The notes: generated by a model from the sequence alone, not told the origin. 63,984 bases of DNA, filler included, from Octopus bimaculoides (GCF_001194135.2; 6 parts of 5 records of this genome joined end to end with filler, not necessarily neighbours in it), one strand, 5' to 3'. Shown: positions 22,880-35,540, counted from the whole stretch's first letter. Numbers and translations are program-made.

Positions 22880-23318
22880 TAGAGATGTGGTGGACTAGAT
22901 TGAAAGGGCTAAAAACAGATACTTTCCTCTTTGGCCAAGCCCTCATCAATTTTTTCAAGTTTCACTTGAAAAGGAAAGTGAGAGTGGAGAAGACGGATGC
23001 GCTGCCTCCCAGCAATTTTGTTCGAAGATGGGTGAATGTGGCAAGAGTGGTCCGAGTGAACGGCCCTTTCTCTAAGCATGCACCTGTAGACTGAAGGAAC
23101 ACGCTACGGAGAGGGCACTTGTCCTAATGGGCAGGGTGACCGTAGTTTTGTGGTGTTCCCACAAGCAGCCCTTGAAAGTCTCCCTCTTTCATCGTTAGAT
23201 TTTATATTGTCACCGTGTTTGTACTTCTTTATGTATCCCTACATTGTATTGTCCTGTATCGTTCCTAACATTTTTTTGTGACCCCTTAGTGGTGAATAAA
23301 GAAACCATTATTATTATT
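22880..23318 (+). mobile_element. Tx1/L1-clade LINE 3' end
   Basis: ORF end ALINFFKFHLKRKVRVE...FVRRWVNVARVVRVNG, then a UTR ending AATAAAGAAACC(ATT)4. The clade call is from recalled similarity. Confidence 0.5.
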
Positions 23319-24465
23319 AGGCCGCGAGCTGGCAGAATCGTTAGCACGCCGGGCAAAACGCTAAACGCAATTTCGTCCGTCTTTACGATCTGAGTTCAAA
23401 TTCCGCCGAGGTCGACTTTGCCTTTCATTCATTCGGAGTCGATAAATTAAGTACCAGTTGCGTACTGAGGTCGATCTAATCGACTGGCTCCTCCCACCAA
23501 ATTTCAGGCCTTGTGCCTATAGTAGAAAGGGTTACTATTATTATTATTATTATTATTATTTACGATGGTTAAAACATATCTGTAAAAGTTTCGGTTTCTA
23601 GTGCACTAGGTCATTTCCGATGCTATTATATAGTGACACCTACGTGTGTATAGTTATCTGTGTGTGCGTTTGTGTATAACAGTGTTGCAAATAGATAAAT
23701 AGATCTCAAAACATGAATATATATTTTATTATTATTATTAATATTCGGCAGAAGAAAGGCGGCGAGCTGGCAGGAATGTTAAGCACGCTGGACGAAATGC
23801 TTAGCTGTATTTCGTCTGTCTTTATGCTCTGAGTTCAAATTCCGCTGATCTAATCGACTGGCCCCCTCCCAAAAAATTTCGGGCCTTGTGCCTCGAGTAG
23901 AAAAGAATATTCGGTAGAAGTTACAAAACAACGAGGGCCGGGAATTTTGTGCGTTGGTACTTATCAGTTGGTAAGGACCTATGCATGAAACTCTTATTCC
24001 CGACTCGCTCATTAACTTTTGCCGATTAATGATATTAATAATAGTAGTAATAATAATAATAATAATGCGAGCTGGCAGAATCGTTACCACTCCAAAGAAA
24101 ACGCTTGGCAGCATTTCGTCCGTCTTTACGTTATGAGTTCAAATTCTGCCGGGGTCGACTTCAGCATTTATCCCTTCCGGGTCGATAAAATAGGTACCAG
24201 TTGAGGATTGGAGTCGATATAATCGACTAGCTTTCCCCTCAAATTTCAGGCTTTGTGACTATAATAGGATTAATAATGATAATAATAATCCTTTCTACTG
24301 TGGCCTGACATTTTTGGGGAGTCGAGAAGTCAATTGTATCGATTCCAGTGCTCAACTGGTACTTATTTTATCGACTTCGAAAGGATGGAATGCGAAGTCT
24401 ACTACAATGGAATTTGAATTCAGAACGTAAAAGACTGGCGGAATGCCTCTAAGCAATTTGTTCAG
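23319..24465. mobile_element. Cluster of four SINE family A copies (23319-23560 +, 23757-23911 +, 24067-24288 +, 24289-24465 -)
   Basis: Shared 'gcgagctggcag(a/g)aat.gtta' head, B-box-like 'gagttcaaattc' and (ATT)/(AAT)-rich tails. The last copy is the reverse complement. Confidence 0.85.
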
Positions 24466-25732
24466 GTTTGTGGATTACATGGTGATCACGGTTAAAACGT
24501 GTTCAGTTGGATAGTACGTCATGTATATCAGTGTTGACCTGTGACTATAAACAGCAACAATAGCATGTTTTTTTTTCTTATTCGTTGACATCTATCTGTG
24601 TACTTACTACTATAAACTTATACACGCCCTCTGACGTAAGTTGCACGCAGATTATTTGTGTTTGTTTAACTCTAGGTCGGCGTTGATCGACCGGACCTAT
24701 GATGAAAAAAATAGTCATGTTGTCATCATCCAACTTCTTTCTTTCTTTCTTTTTTGGTACTTCTTAAATTCCTTCCAGCCACTTGAAGTATTTCAAATTT
24801 TCACACATTATTTAAAAACAAAAATGTAGTTTTACTTGAAGACTAAAATTACATACATTCTTCTACAAATTAATGATTAAAAGAAGTTACACGTTTTTCT
24901 TATCATTTTCTAGAAATTACATTTTCAATAGAAATAATTTCGGCGGAATTCTGGTAATTTCTAGAAATTACATACTTAATAAAAAAAGAAGTTACATCTT
25001 TTTTATTAATTTATTTACATTTAAAAAAATTCAACAAGGTCCTTTTTTTTGTAGGAATTATGTAATCCGTGTTACATTATCCAATGTATCCCTTCTTTAT
25101 TTAAAGACAATATTGTATGGCTTAAAGAAGATTTGGCTGCTATTTCTAACAAGTCGAACGACCAAATAGTGGAGACGCACACTCTCTCGTTGGCCTCGAA
25201 GATTATTTTTGTTGTTAGTAACTGCATTTGAAGGCTGTGACCCTATCAACGTGTGTAGGTGTTATCGCTCTTGCTGTTAATACTTATCAGTTTTAGGCGC
25301 CCTAATCATGTGGCTCAGATAAGTAAATACTAATACTGTTATTCCTCCACCTGCTCTTTCTATTTCTTTTTCTTTTCCTCTTCCTCCACACACGTGTCTT
25401 GCTGAATGGAGCCAAAAGTAGTTTTACGTCAAGGAAAAAAAAAAAAAATATTAGTATCTGCACTCAGAGCACATATTGAAATTTTTGGAGGTCGAAAGTT
25501 CGGTCTTGTCGTCGTGTTTTTATAGTCTCGCATTGGGGTCCGGATGGAGGCTGATGCCTTCAGCCAAGGGTTCGGCGAAACGGGGTTAATTACCTCAAGT
25601 GGGGGTAAAAATGAAATTCTTGGGAGAGGGGGATAATGAGAACTCATTAGACGCAAGTAAAATTATATATAAAAAACGTGTTCTTTGTTATGACAGAATT
25701 TTTCTTCTGGCAACACTGCGTCTGTCCAATAT

Positions 25733-25832
25733 NNNNNNNNNNNNNNNNNNNNNNNNNNNNNNNNNNNNNNNNNNNNTTAATTAATTAANNNNNNNNNNNN
25801 NNNNNNNNNNNNNNNNNNNNNNNNNNNNNNNN
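25733..25832. other. Assembly linker 44N-TTAATTAATTAA-44N
   Basis: Exactly 100 bp with a six-frame-stop core; identical blocks occur five times in the window. Confidence 0.95.
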
Positions 25833-25850
25833 TATATATATATATATGCA

Positions 25851-27119
25851 TCAAGTCATTAAGAATGAAGTGTCCGATTTTAAACTGAAAGTTTATTTTA
25901 CTCTATCTCAACAAAAAGCAATGCAGTTGATCAAAGTATGCACCTAAATTATCAACACAATTTTGCCATTTTATCGGTAGCTTATTTATTCCGGCAGCGA
26001 AGAATTCTGGAGAGCAAGAAGTGATGAAATCACAAAAGGCTGTTTGTGCATTTTCTTCAGATTTGAAGGTTTTTTCCATGCAAAATGTTGTCTAATGCGA
26101 AGAAAACGTGATAGTCAGTTGATGCAAAGTCTGGTGAATATGATGGACGACAGGGTACAACCAAGTTCAGTTCCTGTAACCTGAGTAGCATTCTTTGTGC
26201 AACATGTGGTTGAGTATTGTCTTGCAAGAAAATTGGCCTGTTTCTATTGACCAATCTCGGCTGTTTAATTGCAAGTTTCCTCATCATTTCATCCAGTTGG
26301 TTGATATATACATTCGCTGTAATTGACTTACCAGGTCTCACGAAGCTGTAGCGGATGACCCCAGTGCTGGTCCATACAACAGACACCTTTAGCTTTTTTT
26401 GTGAATATTCTTTTTTGGATTGTGTTTTGGCACTTTGTCGCTATCCAACCGCCGTGAAGAACGCTTGCTATTGTTGGAAATAATCCACTTTTCATCACAC
26501 GTAACAATACGATGCAGAAAATGTTTTGCTTTTATGCCAGGACAGCAAAAAATAGCAAGTTTCAAGACGACATGTCATTTGGTGTTCTTTCAGTTCGTGT
26601 GGTGTCCACTTACCTAAATTCTTTATCTTACCGATTTGTTTCAGATGTTCCAATAAAGTTGGAATCGAAACATCAAACCTTGCTGTTAACTCACGTGTAG
26701 TTTGAGATGTATCCGTTTTCACTACAGTTTCTAGTTCATCCTTATTCACCTTGGTCTCAGGTCTGTCTCAGTGCAGATTTTCATGAGTAAAGTCACCAGA
26801 CCGGAACTTCTCAAACCATCGACGACCAGTGCGCTCATTTGCCACATCTTCACCAAACACTTCATTGATGTTTCGAGCTGTTTGGGATGCATTGGTTCCA
26901 CGACGGAACTCACACTCATACACGACACGAATTTTTGATCTATCCATGGATTCACAAAAATTGATTTACAAGAGAAAACTCACAATATAATCAGACACCA
27001 TGAATTGCATTTCGAAAAGTGATGTAACTCTTCAATGTAGTAAAACAAAGAATTTTCAGGATAAAACTGTCAAACTTGGTGCATAAGAAAAATCGGACAT
27101 TTCATTCTTAATGACCTGA
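25851..27119 (-). mobile_element. Near full-length decayed mariner (D,D34D) transposon; pseudogene ORF ~26947-25927
   Basis: TIRs TCAAGTCATTAAGAATGAAGTGTCCGATTTT and its complement at the right end followed by TA; 1269 bp. Motifs MDRSKIRV..GTNASQTARNI..RWFEKFRSGD, W.PHEL, VTCDEKW, LQDN..PH, YSPDFASTDY and GAYFD, with stops and frameshifts. Confidence 0.93.
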
Positions 27120-27128
27120 TATAAACTT

Positions 27129-27490
27129 AGGCGTAGGCGAGACTGCGTGATAAAAAGACTTGCTTCCCCACCACATGGTTCCAGATTCAGTCCTACAGCG
27201 TGGCACCTTGGGCAAGTGTGATCTTCTATGGCTTCGGGCTGACCAAAGCATTGTGAGTGAATTTGGTACGGAAAGTGATAGAAGCCCGTCGTATGTGTGT
27301 GTGTGTGTGTGTATATCTTTGTGTCAACCGGTTTTGGTGTGTTTGAGTTCCTGTAACTTAGCGGTTCGGCAAAAAAGAAACAATAGAATAAGTGCTAGGC
27401 TTAAAGATAAGTCTTGGGGACAACTAAGTCCTGGTGTTGACTAAAATCCTTGAAGTTGTTCCCCCAACATGGCTGCGGATAAATGAATTC
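27129..27490 (+). mobile_element. CORE-type SINE, near full length
   Basis: Same family as 5110-5500. Confidence 0.75.
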
Positions 27491-27996
27491 AAGACCGAAA
27501 CTTGCGCTGAAAAGATGTTGATAGTTGCGTTTTGAGAAACAAAAGGGTCTATACAAGAACATTACGTGGAAACGAAGTCTACAGTCATCAGCGTGGGCTA
27601 CATTGAAGTGCTGACCAAGGAAGTGAAAACAGTAATTCTCACCAAAAGCCAAAGTCTATTGACAATGCAAGTATTACTGTCACACCAGTGCCTTCTGATG
27701 GGATTTGGTAGACATAAACTAAAAGCTCACCTTGTGTGTGTGTGTGTGTGTGCGTGTGTGTGTGTGTGTGTGTGTATGTCTTCGTGTCTTTACTAGAGCA
27801 TCATCATTTTTTGAACACCGGTGTTTGTTTATGTTCCGGTAACTTGGTGGGTCAGCAAAAGTGCCGATAGTAAAAGTCCGAGTTTTTAAAATGTATTGGG
27901 GCCGATTCGTTCGCCTAAAAACTCTTCAGACCCGTGCTCCAGCATGGCTACTGTCTAATGACTGAAACAAGTAAAAGATAAAAGATAAAAAAAGAC

Positions 27997-28200
27997 ATGC
28001 CCCCATACGGTTACCTACAGCGTTGAAACCGAAGTAAAATTTGGTTTCGAGTGGCTGAAAGACCCTGCATACAGTCCAGATCTCGCCCTTTCCAACTACC
28101 GTCTCTTTGAACCGGTCAAACATCTTTTACATGATTTGCCAACGACGAAGGAGTGCTGGAAGCGGTGGATAAATGGTTGCTTCGAACGAAACATTATGGA
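27997..28200 (+). pseudogene. Mariner transposase C-terminal fragment
   Basis: KFGFEWLKDPAYSPDLALSNYRLFEPVKHLL, then FANDEGVLEAVDKWL after a frameshift. Confidence 0.8.
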
Positions 28201-28739
28201 GTAATAGACGCTCAATATATGCCTATCCGCCATTTTAATTTCAAATGAAACTCTCCGATCACAGAAACTCTCTATGCAAATTATCAGATGGTGACTATTT
28301 ATAATTATAATAGCTTATATAAACTCTATGCATTTCGTTAAAGATTGGTTTTAATATTGGTTAGAAAACTAAAACATTTCCTTGTTAGACCTTATTTTAG
28401 TTAATGACTAATACGAGTAGTAGCTAATTAGATAATGGAATTTAACACACGTTATAGGGCCTATCACTTGTTAGATACCAGAAATTCACACTCATATGTG
28501 CCTTGCTCTGAGTGTGTGTCTGCATACGCATGCGCACACTCACACAAACACACACAAACACACACACACATTCACAGAAAGGATGGGCGGACTTTGTTTA
28601 CAAATGACAGAGTATTTAATATTATTTGTATTGTATATATTTGTTGGAATTTTGCATCACATGCGTTTTACATGGAGACATTTGCATGTTGCTAGACCGA
28701 AAGCCTATGGCATTAAAAATTATTGTAGAAGCAGTACCT

Positions 28740-30480
28740 TAAAGTTAATGGGATTCAGAAAGGAAAGAATCATCATTCATATAGAATGCTGCCTCCGTTT
28801 TATCGGACACACATTTAAGGACTTGAATAAAACATTGTATGTGGTCTTTGTTGGATTCACGAAGGCATTTCACACAGTAAAAACTAGGAGACTGCAACAG
28901 TTATTCGAAAGGTTTAGGAGTCTGGAGATATACAGTCGCATCGTTGTACGTCGGCATAAATGCACAGGTTATAGCTCTGAGTGATTTGATATCACAGTGA
29001 GAGTCAAGCAGGACAGGACGTTATTGCCAACGTTCTTCACGCTTGATTTGAGGGCAATAATTGAAGCATCATCCCGTGACTCAACAGAAGACACAATCAG
29101 AAAGAACAAATGATGACCCACGTAAAGTGCAGCATCGTGAAGCTAAGACCAAGGCCACATGTATATTACTGAAAGTTATATTATTTCTTACTGATTGAGT
29201 CTGGTGTCCCATAGTGCAGAAGGCGGGTGATTTTGACGGTACAGACATAAATGGCGACTTTAAAATTTTCATCCGAAAAACTGAAATTTTGTGACAGCCA
29301 AATCCTGACTCGAGAAAAGTGGCTTAAACTGATTCGTCATTATCGATTGACAGGAATAGGGACAGGGACTGGTAAAGGTTGGCCTCTCTATGTATTGGGG
29401 CATTAAGTAATAATCGTTGGATTAGTCACAAATTAGATTGTAAGATTTGCTAGCCAAGCTCAGATTTCGAAATTTTGAGAAAGTCACTACTGATCATTTA
29501 GTATATCTTTTCTCAAGGGTAGTGCAGAATATATTGAACAATAGTATTGTTCACCTAAATATTATGAATAGGAGGCATATGTTTTACCGCATACAGAACA
29601 TAGAATTGCTTACATTCATAATGTGACACCTAAAATAAATCATGAACATAACATAAAAAGACTGAGTCAGGAACAACTTCATCCTAGAGAAAGTTAATCC
29701 TCCTAGCAATGAATAAGTATTTGTAGAATTGAACCTTTTCTGGACTGGACATATCCAGATAATGGGAAAGGAACTCAGGTATGTTATATACTTACATAGA
29801 CATACATACATACATGCATGCATACATACAAACAAACATACATACATACATACATACATACATACATACATGCATACATACATACATGCATACATACATA
29901 CATGCATACATGCATACATACATACATACATACATACATACATGCATACATACATACATGCATACATACATACATGCATACATATATACAAACATACATA
30001 CATACATGCATACATACATACATGCATACATACATACATACATGCATACATACATACATGCATACATACATACATGCATATATACATACATACACACATG
30101 CATACATACATGTATACATACATACAAACATACATGCATACATACATGCATACATACATGCATACATACATACATGCATGCATACATACATGCATACATA
30201 CATACATACATACATATATGCATACATACATACATGCATACATACATGCATACATACATACATGCATACATACATACATGCATACATACATGCATACATA
30301 CATACATGCATACATACATACATAGTCTACTCGGAGTTTTCTGGTGTTACAAAGCATCAGAGCAGACCTCAAGTGGAATATAGGAATGTGACAAAAAATT
30401 ACAAGAAAATATCAGCCATTGGTAGTTGGACTACAGCAGCAGACGATAGAAAAGAGAGGAGCTGCCTAGCTCTCTTCTGA
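28740..30480 (+). pseudogene. RTE (BovB-like) LINE reverse transcriptase and C-terminal relic, split by a microsatellite
   Basis: GFRKER, LNKTLYVVFVGFTKAFHTV, FDITVRVKQ, KTEIL.QP, NNFILEKVNPPS, LFWTGHIQIM, then after the repeat YSEF..SRPQ..Y...WTTAADDR. This is the RTE motif order. Confidence 0.8.
29794..30324. repeat. ~530-bp compound (CATA)n/(CATG) microsatellite
   Basis: Read directly; it generates several spurious ORFs in the track. Confidence 0.95.
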
Positions 30481-30838
30481 TGAAAACAATTCGGAACGCT
30501 TCATTTCACTGCCGAATATCGCTGGACTGCTTTTGGCAAGGATGTTAAAATATTTTTTTTTTTGTATTATTTCTGCGGTTTCAAAAGTAATTTATTGATT
30601 ATATCGACCTCAATACTTTCACGGAACTTATTTTCATCAATATAAGAATAGCAATTATCACGAAGAGACGTTTCCGCAGCTTCTTGACCTGCTAAAAATA
30701 TCAGTCAAATCTTCTTCGAATTACATTCTTAAAATGATTCATAGGATGATAGAGTCGTGGAAACACTGCCCAAACAATAAAATTTGGAATGGTCAATGGT
30801 GGCATGTCTTTGGCAATAAATCTATTATCACTACTAAC

Positions 30839-30879
<41 letters not shown>

Positions 30880-31729
30880 GTGATGGTGGTGGTGGTGGTG
30901 GTGGTGGTTGGTGGTGGTGGTGGTGATGGTAATGATGATGAAGATGATGATGACGACGACGATGATGAAGTCGATGATGATGATAGCTATTCCGGCGTCG
31001 TGATTGTCGTTGGCATCACTACAATTGCTGCTGTCATCCTCATCTTACCTTATTCCTACTCTTCCTCCAACTCAACATCCACCTTCTCATTCTCATCCAC
31101 GTGCGCATCCTCCTACGTCTCTTCACCACCACCACCACCACCACCACAACCGCCACCTAAACTTTTATCAGCTTCCGCTAAATAATAATCATTATCAGCA
31201 ACACCACTATCGTCACAATCGTTATCACGAACACCACTGCCATCATTATTATGAACATCATCATAATCACCCTCTTCAAATTTATCGACTCCTCCGCTAA
31301 CACCCGCGTAATCAGCAGTATTAGCATTATCATGGGTAATACCATGTGCATCAGTTCGTTAATCCTTTCGTGTACACACGCGCAATGAAGTAACCTGTAT
31401 TAGATATACACACAAACACACAGTGAGAGAAAGACTGAGAGAGAAAAAGAGAGGGAGAAAGAGAGAGAGAGAGAGATTCAAATTTATCTACATTACATCT
31501 ATTCAAATACCCTTATAATGACAACCCTCAAACTACAAATTCTAATCTTTCTTGTTAGCACATTACTACATCAAATTCTTTGCCATGTACCCTCACTTAT
31601 CCACACATGCTCCACTAATACACACAAGCGTAAATTCATTAACACATGCAGTCACAGATATGTACGCAACATCTCTCTCTTTGTGTGTGTGGGTGTGTAT
31701 GTGTTTGAGTGTTCGCACGCGCGCGAAGT

Positions 31730-31945
31730 CGTGTGGCCTAGTGGTTAGCGTGTTGCACTTACGATCGCAAAATCGAGGCTTCAATTCGTGAACAGGGTTC
31801 TGCGTTGTGTTCTTGAGCAAAGCACTTCATCTCACGTTGCTCTGCGATTACATCGACACCTGACGCGTGGTAAACTTGTGCACCTATTCAGACAACGTCG
31901 ATTTGATGTGAGCTAATGTTCACCACATACATTTGGTCACTGTAA
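31730..31945 (+). mobile_element. CORE-type SINE variant
   Basis: 'gtggcctagtggttagcgtg...gcgttgtgttcttgagcaaagcacttcat'; relatives at ~18320-18520, ~22615-22757 and, reversed, ~46945-47120. Confidence 0.6.
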
Positions 31946-32029
31946 ATAAATCATGTGTGCAGGTCGAGCGCTGGAAAGACTGAAAACAAACATACGTCTT
32001 CTTCGACGGGAGAGTCCTTCACATATATA

Positions 32030-32064
<35 letters not shown>

Positions 32065-33854
32065 NNNNNNNNNNNNNNNNNNNNNNNNNNNNNNNNNNNN
32101 NNNNNNNNNNNNNNNNNNNNNNNNNNNNNNNNNNNNNNNNNNNNNNNNNNNNNNNNNNNNNNNNNNNNNNNNNNNNNNNNNNNNNNNNNNNNNNNNNNNN
32201 NNNNNNNNNNNNNNNNNNNNNNNNNNNNNNNNNNNNNNNNNNNNNNNNNNNNNNNNNNNNNNNNNNNNNNNNNNNNNNNNNNNNNNNNNNNNNNNNNNNN
32301 NNNNNNNNNNNNNNNNNNNNNNNNNNNNNNNNNNNNNNNNNNNNNNNNNNNNNNNNNNNNNNNNNNNNNNNNNNNNNNNNNNNNNNNNNNNNNNNNNNNN
32401 NNNNNNNNNNNNNNNNNNNNNNNNNNNNNNNNNNNNNNNNNNNNNNNNNNNNNNNNNNNNNNNNNNNNNNNNNNNNNNNNNNNNNNNNNNNNNNNNNNNN
32501 NNNNNNNNNNNNNNNNNNNNNNNNNNNNNNNNNNNNNNNNNNNNNNNNNNNNNNNNNNNNNNNNNNNNNNNNNNNNNNNNNNNNNNNNNNNNNNNNNNNN
32601 NNNNNNNNNNNNNNNNNNNNNNNNNNNNNNNNNNNNNNNNNNNNNNNNNNNNNNNNNNNNNNNNNNNNNNNNNNNNNNNNNNNNNNNNNNNNNNNNNNNN
32701 NNNNNNNNNNNNNNNNNNNNNNNNNNNNNNNNNNNNNNNNNNNNNNNNNNNNNNNNNNNNNNNNNNNNNNNNNNNNNNNNNNNNNNNNNNNNNNNNNNNN
32801 NNNNNNNNNNNNNNNNNNNNNNNNNNNNNNNNNNNNNNNNNNNTATATATATATATATATATATATATGTTTGTATGTATGTATATATGTATATATACAT
32901 ACACAGATGGAGGAGAAACTTAGATAGACAGATAGACGGACAGGCAATATACAAGTACCTTTTGTCAGCTGATGTTATGTATTAGGCATGTAGTATGAGT
33001 GTTCAGTTAGGCTTACCACTAAAACTCTCGTTTGAAATGCGAGGGAAGTGTGATGTTGAGGTTGCCTATCAGGGGTGGCTAGTAGTGTTTTTTCCTTGAG
33101 CAGATAGTATCTATTAAAGTAAAAATGGAAAGGCAAAGCGTTTGGTATTACTTGAAAAGGACATTTAATTTAGATAGAGAACATATTTATGTTTTCTATC
33201 TAAATTGTCTTTTTCAAATGATGCCAAACGTTTTGCTTTTTCATTTTTACTTTAATCTATCTATATGTGTGTATGCGAACGCGCTTACTCTGCTTTATTC
33301 CAAGGATTAAGATCTTAGATCTTTCAAAGTCTCCTGGTAGCTCATCTGCTTATCGACGATTTTCTTTTGTTTCGTAGCATTGGTCTGGCTTGGTATCCTC
33401 AGTGAATTAAAAATATGTTGCAACTCCAGATGCAAACAACGTATACGTTTCCTATTTGATGATAATATCACATCAAAATCCGGCACTCTGCCGTGCTCTG
33501 ACCTTTGTTCACCTTGTAGTATACAACTAACAATTAACAAAACATATACTATATCCTGCAAAGATGCCCGGTGTCATCCGCTTTGTGAGAACTTTAATTT
33601 GTGTATGTTTGTCTTTGTATGTATGTATGTATGTATGTATGTATGTACACATACATGTATGCATCTATGTATGCATGAATATATGTATGCATGTATGCGT
33701 GCATGCATGCATGTATATATATATATATGTTTGTATGTATATTTTTATATTTTATATACAAATTTGGCTATGCATATATGTGCGAGTATACATATGTATA
33801 TATATATACAAATATACACACATATATATGTAATATATATATATTATATATATA

Positions 33855-33887
<33 letters not shown>

Positions 33888-34404
33888 NNNNNNNNNNNNN
33901 NNNNNNNNNNNNNNNNNNNNNNNNNNNNNNNNNNNNNNNNNNNNNNNNNNNNNNNNNNNNNNNNNNNNNNNNNNNNNNNNNNNNNNNNNNNNNNNNNNNN
34001 NNNNNNNNNNNNNNNNNNNNNNNNNNNNNNNNNNNNNNNNNNNNNNNNNNNNNNNNNNNNNNNNNNNNNNNNNNNNNNNNNNNNNNNNNNNNNNNNNNNN
34101 NNNNNNNNNNNNNNNNNNNNNNNNNNNNNNNNNNNNNNNNNNNNNNNNNNNNNNNNNNNNNNNNNNNNNNNNNNNNNNNNNNNNNNNNNNNNNNNNNNNN
34201 NNNNNNNNNNNNNNNNNNNNNNNNNNNNNNNTATACACATATATGTATATATGTGTGTATGTATATATGTTTGTAGGTATATATGTTTGTATATATGTAT
34301 GTACATGTATGTATGCTTGTATGTATGTATTTATGTGTATGAATGTATATATATATATATGTGTGTGTGTGTGTACGTCCCGCAGACTTATTTCTATCCA
34401 TACC

Positions 34405-34442
34405 TTCTCATCGGGTTACCTCTAGCGGTAACCTGATGAGAA
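34405..34442. other. 16-bp stem-loop
   Basis: TTCTCATCGGGTTACC-TCTAGC-GGTAACCTGATGAGAA, one G-U pair. Confidence 0.7.
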
Positions 34443-35042
34443 CTAAAAATAAAAGACACGGAAAGAGAAAAAACAAAAAGACCCATAAAAACAAGAACAA
34501 CATCGACAGCGATAACAACAAAAAAGGGAGCAAGAAAAGTATATAGGTAATTAAGCGAAGGTATTACATGGTGCAATTCATGTCCAGTTTGAAGAAAATT
34601 CTTTCGACTCAGGTGATTTTACTTAGGAGCCCTCCCAGGTATGTAGGGTCTTAGAAAATCCCACAAAGAAAGCGAAAGAAACAATAGCAGCCCCCTCCAT
34701 ACCTACCTCCACCCGCTCGCGCCATCCCCCCCACACACACACGCAACCACCCACGCCCACACACCCCAACTCCCACCCACAAAAGTAAAATAAATGAAAT
34801 GAAAGAAAAATTATATATGACAATAAAACATATGAAGAAATCCGCTACATACAAACTTTATATTTGTAGATTTTTAAAAAAAATTGCATATATATATATA
34901 TATANNNNNNNNNNCATACAAATGCCTATATGCATACATTTATACATGCAAATACTCATATATGTACATACAGACGCTCACATGTATCAGATATGCCTAT
35001 CTACGTACATACATATATACGAACATAAATAGACGCGCGCAC

Positions 35043-35100
<58 letters not shown>

Positions 35101-35117
35101 AAGTGTTTGTGTGTATG

Positions 35118-35161
<44 letters not shown>

Positions 35162-35482
35162 CGTGCGTGTATTAAAGATAAAGTGAGAATGTTCTTTTTT
35201 TAGTGTACGAGTTCGGGGCGGTAGCTATGAACTTTATTGTTGTTGTTGTTTTACATGTCTAAGGCTTAATGACGTAGCAGCAGGCGTTTTGGCACAAGGG
35301 ACGGATTAAAGTATTATTCTAGACACATGGGTTGTGAGGTGGTAGTTAGTGGTGATGATAATAGTGGCGGTGGTGGTGGAGGAGGACGGTGAGGGGTGAA
35401 ATTGGAGAGGATATTGGTGGTAGAGACGGTGGCGGGGACTGCTAGTTTAGTTTTGCTACAGGTGATAGCAGCTGCAGGGGTG

Positions 35483-35540
35483 TAGGGTTAGGGTTAGGGT
35501 TAGGGTTAGGGTTAGGGTTAGGGTTAGGGTTAGGGTTAGG
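35483..35540 (+). repeat. Interstitial telomeric repeat, (TTAGGG) x ~9.5
   Basis: Perfect hexamer array inside a GGT/GTC-rich compound repeat. Confidence 0.95.

Noticed and set aside
25777-25788. TTAATTAATTAA as a biological motif (PacI or homeodomain sites)
   Set aside because: It is always centred in exactly 44+44 Ns, so it is an assembly linker.
33307-33561. Minus-strand ORF ending ATK...MSYQETLKDL, faintly like a CR1 C-terminus
   Set aside because: Similarity is too weak to call by eye.
35483-35540. True chromosome end
   Set aside because: Only ~58 bp, with ordinary sequence on both sides.
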